Part shown: positions 61,921 through 64,000 of the stretch, one piece after another
Numbering within the stretch: position 1 is the first letter of the stretch
Layout of the letters: each line of letters begins with the position of its first letter
From: Podospora anserina
Lineage: Eukaryota
Assembly (NCBI GenBank): GCA_017654855.1
Contig: CM030336.1
Location: forward strand, 496,001 to 560,000
Direction of reading: 5' to 3'
DNA length: 64,000 nt
Position numbers and translations under genes: made by a program
Notes under the pieces: generated by a model
What the model was told of the DNA's origin: nothing
The model's input: the letters and a program-made list of their open reading frames with translations, nothing else
Databases searched by the model: none

Positions 61921-63180
61921 ATGTCGGAAATGGCCAGCCCAGTGTCGTTAACCACCCTCTCAACCGAACTCCGCCACAAAGTCCTAGCCTCTGTGATTTG
62001 GACATCAACAGCAACGCTCTATAATCACCTCGACCTATTTTTCCAAGATCCTCGGGTCCGGCTCCGCGATGACTGGGACATTTGGGTACCAACCACACCA
62101 CCTCAACCACCCGCTCTGTCACTCCTCTTGACATGCCGGATCCTGCACTATGACGTCCAGTATCTATTGAATTCATCCACTGCCCAATCCCACCCCTATG
62201 AGATTGACGTCGTCTTCATTGCCAAATGCGGACTTTTCCCAACCTGGGTGTGTTGTCCACTCCCAAGCCAGATCAACCTCGACACTCTCCAGGCGTCATT
62301 CCGCATAATGGACGTGGAGGATATCGACGACGAGGTACCAGCAGGAAGGCAGGGGGAGTTCTTAAGCCGTTACCGCGGTGTATCGTCTGACTTCGATGCA
62401 GACAACTACCCAAATCCTCCTCCCGGCTCATGGAACTTCTATCGCCTGTTAGCGTCCTTCCTGGCCTTGGGGCCTCGGGGCCTGACCTCTCCCGCTTATC
62501 AAAGAGAAAATCGCGGCTGTCTTTCAAGAAGCAGATACTCACTCCAACATCTCATCATTAGCGTAACATCTAAGGAGGAAACTGAAATGGATGACGAAAG
62601 ACGGGAGCGAGCAAGTGGACCAAGGCGGTTCTTACTTGACCACAATTCCGACCTGCCTTACGGAGCCTCGAGAGAAGATGACGTTTTTCCAGGGCCGCCT
62701 GACAATTCTCCATACACATGGACAGGCCCCACCGAGTTGGAGACCGTTAGAGGGATGTATGGCCACGCGGGCCGTCTCACCCTCGGACACGCCGACCGCT
62801 ATGGCTTGTACCTTGCCAACACCCTCTGGGCCCTGCTTGACTTCAAGTGGCTCTCACGAGGCTTCGGTCTTATGGTGTACGAAAGCATCCTTGACGACAT
62901 TACCTTTTACGTCGACGGGGAGCCAAGACCTCACTTTGGCATGGACGACTTGCTTTCCCTGGAACCCCTAAAGCACCGCACCTTGACACCGGAGGTCGCA
63001 GCAGCCCTTCAAGTCTGGAAGGAGTGGGTAATGAAGTGGAGGAGTAAGCTACGGGAGCGTGGTATGTTGGATGAACCACGCCCGAGTTTTGCTTTTGTGA
63101 GATACTTGCCGGCATCGATGGCAGATCCTAATGAGTGCCCAGAGTCAGACTCGGATTCTATGTCCGGCTCAGACGTATAG
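61921..63180 (+). CDS. Hypothetical intracellular protein with an F-box-like N-terminus
   Basis: Intronless ORF of ~419 aa. Motifs SLTTLSTELRHKVL, ALSLLLTCRILHYDV and YEIDVVF...LFPTW. No signal peptide. Confidence 0.7.
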   Translation: MSEMASPVSLTTLSTELRHKVLASVIWTSTATLYNHLDLFFQDPRVRLRDDWDIWVPTTPPQPPALSLLLTCRILHYDVQYLLNSSTAQSHPYEIDVVFIAKCGLFPTWVCCPLPSQINLDTLQASFRIMDVEDIDDEVPAGRQGEFLSRYRGVSSDFDADNYPNPPPGSWNFYRLLASFLALGPRGLTSPAYQRENRGCLSRSRYSLQHLIISVTSKEETEMDDERRERASGPRRFLLDHNSDLPYGASREDDVFPGPPDNSPYTWTGPTELETVRGMYGHAGRLTLGHADRYGLYLANTLWALLDFKWLSRGFGLMVYESILDDITFYVDGEPRPHFGMDDLLSLEPLKHRTLTPEVAAALQVWKEWVMKWRSKLRERGMLDEPRPSFAFVRYLPASMADPNECPESDSDSMSGSDV

Positions 63181-63300
63181 TTTACATCTCTCGTAGCAAT
63201 GAAATGAACGGCCAAAAGAGCTGGTATTTAATCGTTTAAAGCCTATCACGATGTTTAAATACCTTCTATTATATTTCCGCTCGTTTTTCAGGTCTCCTAA

Positions 63301-63382
63301 GGCCTATCCACTATCTTCAAGTCGTATTAACTATCTTTGATGCTTGTTGACTATCTTTAAAGGCCTACTGAATATGTTTTAG
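63301..63382. repeat. Degenerate 20-21-bp minisatellite, copy 2
   Basis: Units GGCCTATCCACTATCTTCAA / GTCGTATTAACTATCTTTGA / TGCTTGTTGACTATCTTTAAA / GGCCTACTGAATATGTTTTAG share the consensus of 38285-38347. Confidence 0.6.
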
Positions 63383-63756
63383 GGCCCTTGCTTCGCTTGT
63401 TGTCACACGTCAACCACTCGCAGCCTGGAGCACAGCCAACAACACAGTGAACTGAAAGCTCTGAGCCAGTCGTTGGGAAGTGAAATAAGCAACAGGCTAC
63501 AGGCGGCAGCAGCAGAGGCATTGGCTCATGTATAAGCAGAGGGATGTGCTGGACTTGGCAGATACTTAAGGTCATCACAACACGGACCACAGTGAGAGAG
63601 ACAAATACATGAGCAGAAGAGCAACCAGACTGTCATTTCCAGTGAAATCCAATGCAGATTTCGGAAGACATACTGCCAAAAACTGAGGAAGATTTCTCTC
63701 CCTATCTTCTACATTCACACCCCTCAGTCTTGCAATGAACCTGAAGCATATAAGCG

Positions 63757-63838
63757 CCGATAGAAAATAAAAATCGAAAATAAAACGGGCGGTAAAAAAT
63801 GTAGGTACTCATCTATTTCACTCGCTTATAATGTATGT
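63757..63838 (-). mobile_element. Short terminal remnant of a pogo/Fot1-like transposon
   Basis: ACTCGCTTATAATGTATGT|TA matches the terminus at 41935-41955 (ACTCGCTTATAATGTACGT|TA) with one C>T change. Inner boundary approximate. Confidence 0.65.
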
Positions 63839-64000
63839 TACGTCGTAACGGTTTTTACTTAAGAGTAATAGTAATATTGTCCTTAGAATCATTGCTCGAG
63901 GCACCAACAATCAACATAAAGTCGCCTGGCTCGACGACATACTTTATCCTCGAATTCCACACCCTTAAATCCTACATCTTAACTTTAATGCTAACCCTTT

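Noticed and set aside
63836-63875. TTAC motifs as a possible right end of the Starship
   Set aside because: TTAC is too common, and one instance is explained by the Fot1 terminus plus TA; it cannot be supported without an empty-site comparison.

Overview
Intron-containing filamentous ascomycete DNA, with GT/GC-AG introns, CTRAC branch sites and RIP-like C>T/G>A decay of repeats. The repeat types and gene style are consistent with a Sordariales fungus such as Podospora (inference). Left part (1-37 kb): tRNA-Arg(ACG), a flavohemoglobin, a reducing type I PKS (KS-AT-DH-degenerate cMT-KR-ACP) followed by two flavin monooxygenases, a secreted GH18 ENGase-like gene, a small secreted Gly/Lys-repeat prepropeptide, a Pro-rich protein joined to a microbial-type PARG domain through a GC-AG intron, a proteinase K-type subtilisin and an old yellow enzyme. 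Middle (38-50 kb): a rearranged transposon nest. It holds decayed genes, a RIP-destroyed 5' end of a putative Starship captain recombinase, two solo LTRs without target-site duplications, pogo/Fot1 remnants in inverted orientation, truncated beta-lactamase-like and glucosylceramide synthase genes, intact DUF4246 and SDR genes, and tRNA-Gly(GCC). Right part (50.5-63.2 kb): the most striking feature. Nine exons splice into one open ~2264-aa secreted protein that fuses a killer-toxin-type chitinase (3 LysM + CBM18 + GH18) to a subtilase-like domain (Glu in place of the catalytic Asp) and a Cys-rich C-terminal module. It lies head-to-head with a 5-LysM effector gene. All family assignments come from motif recognition by eye; no database searches were run.
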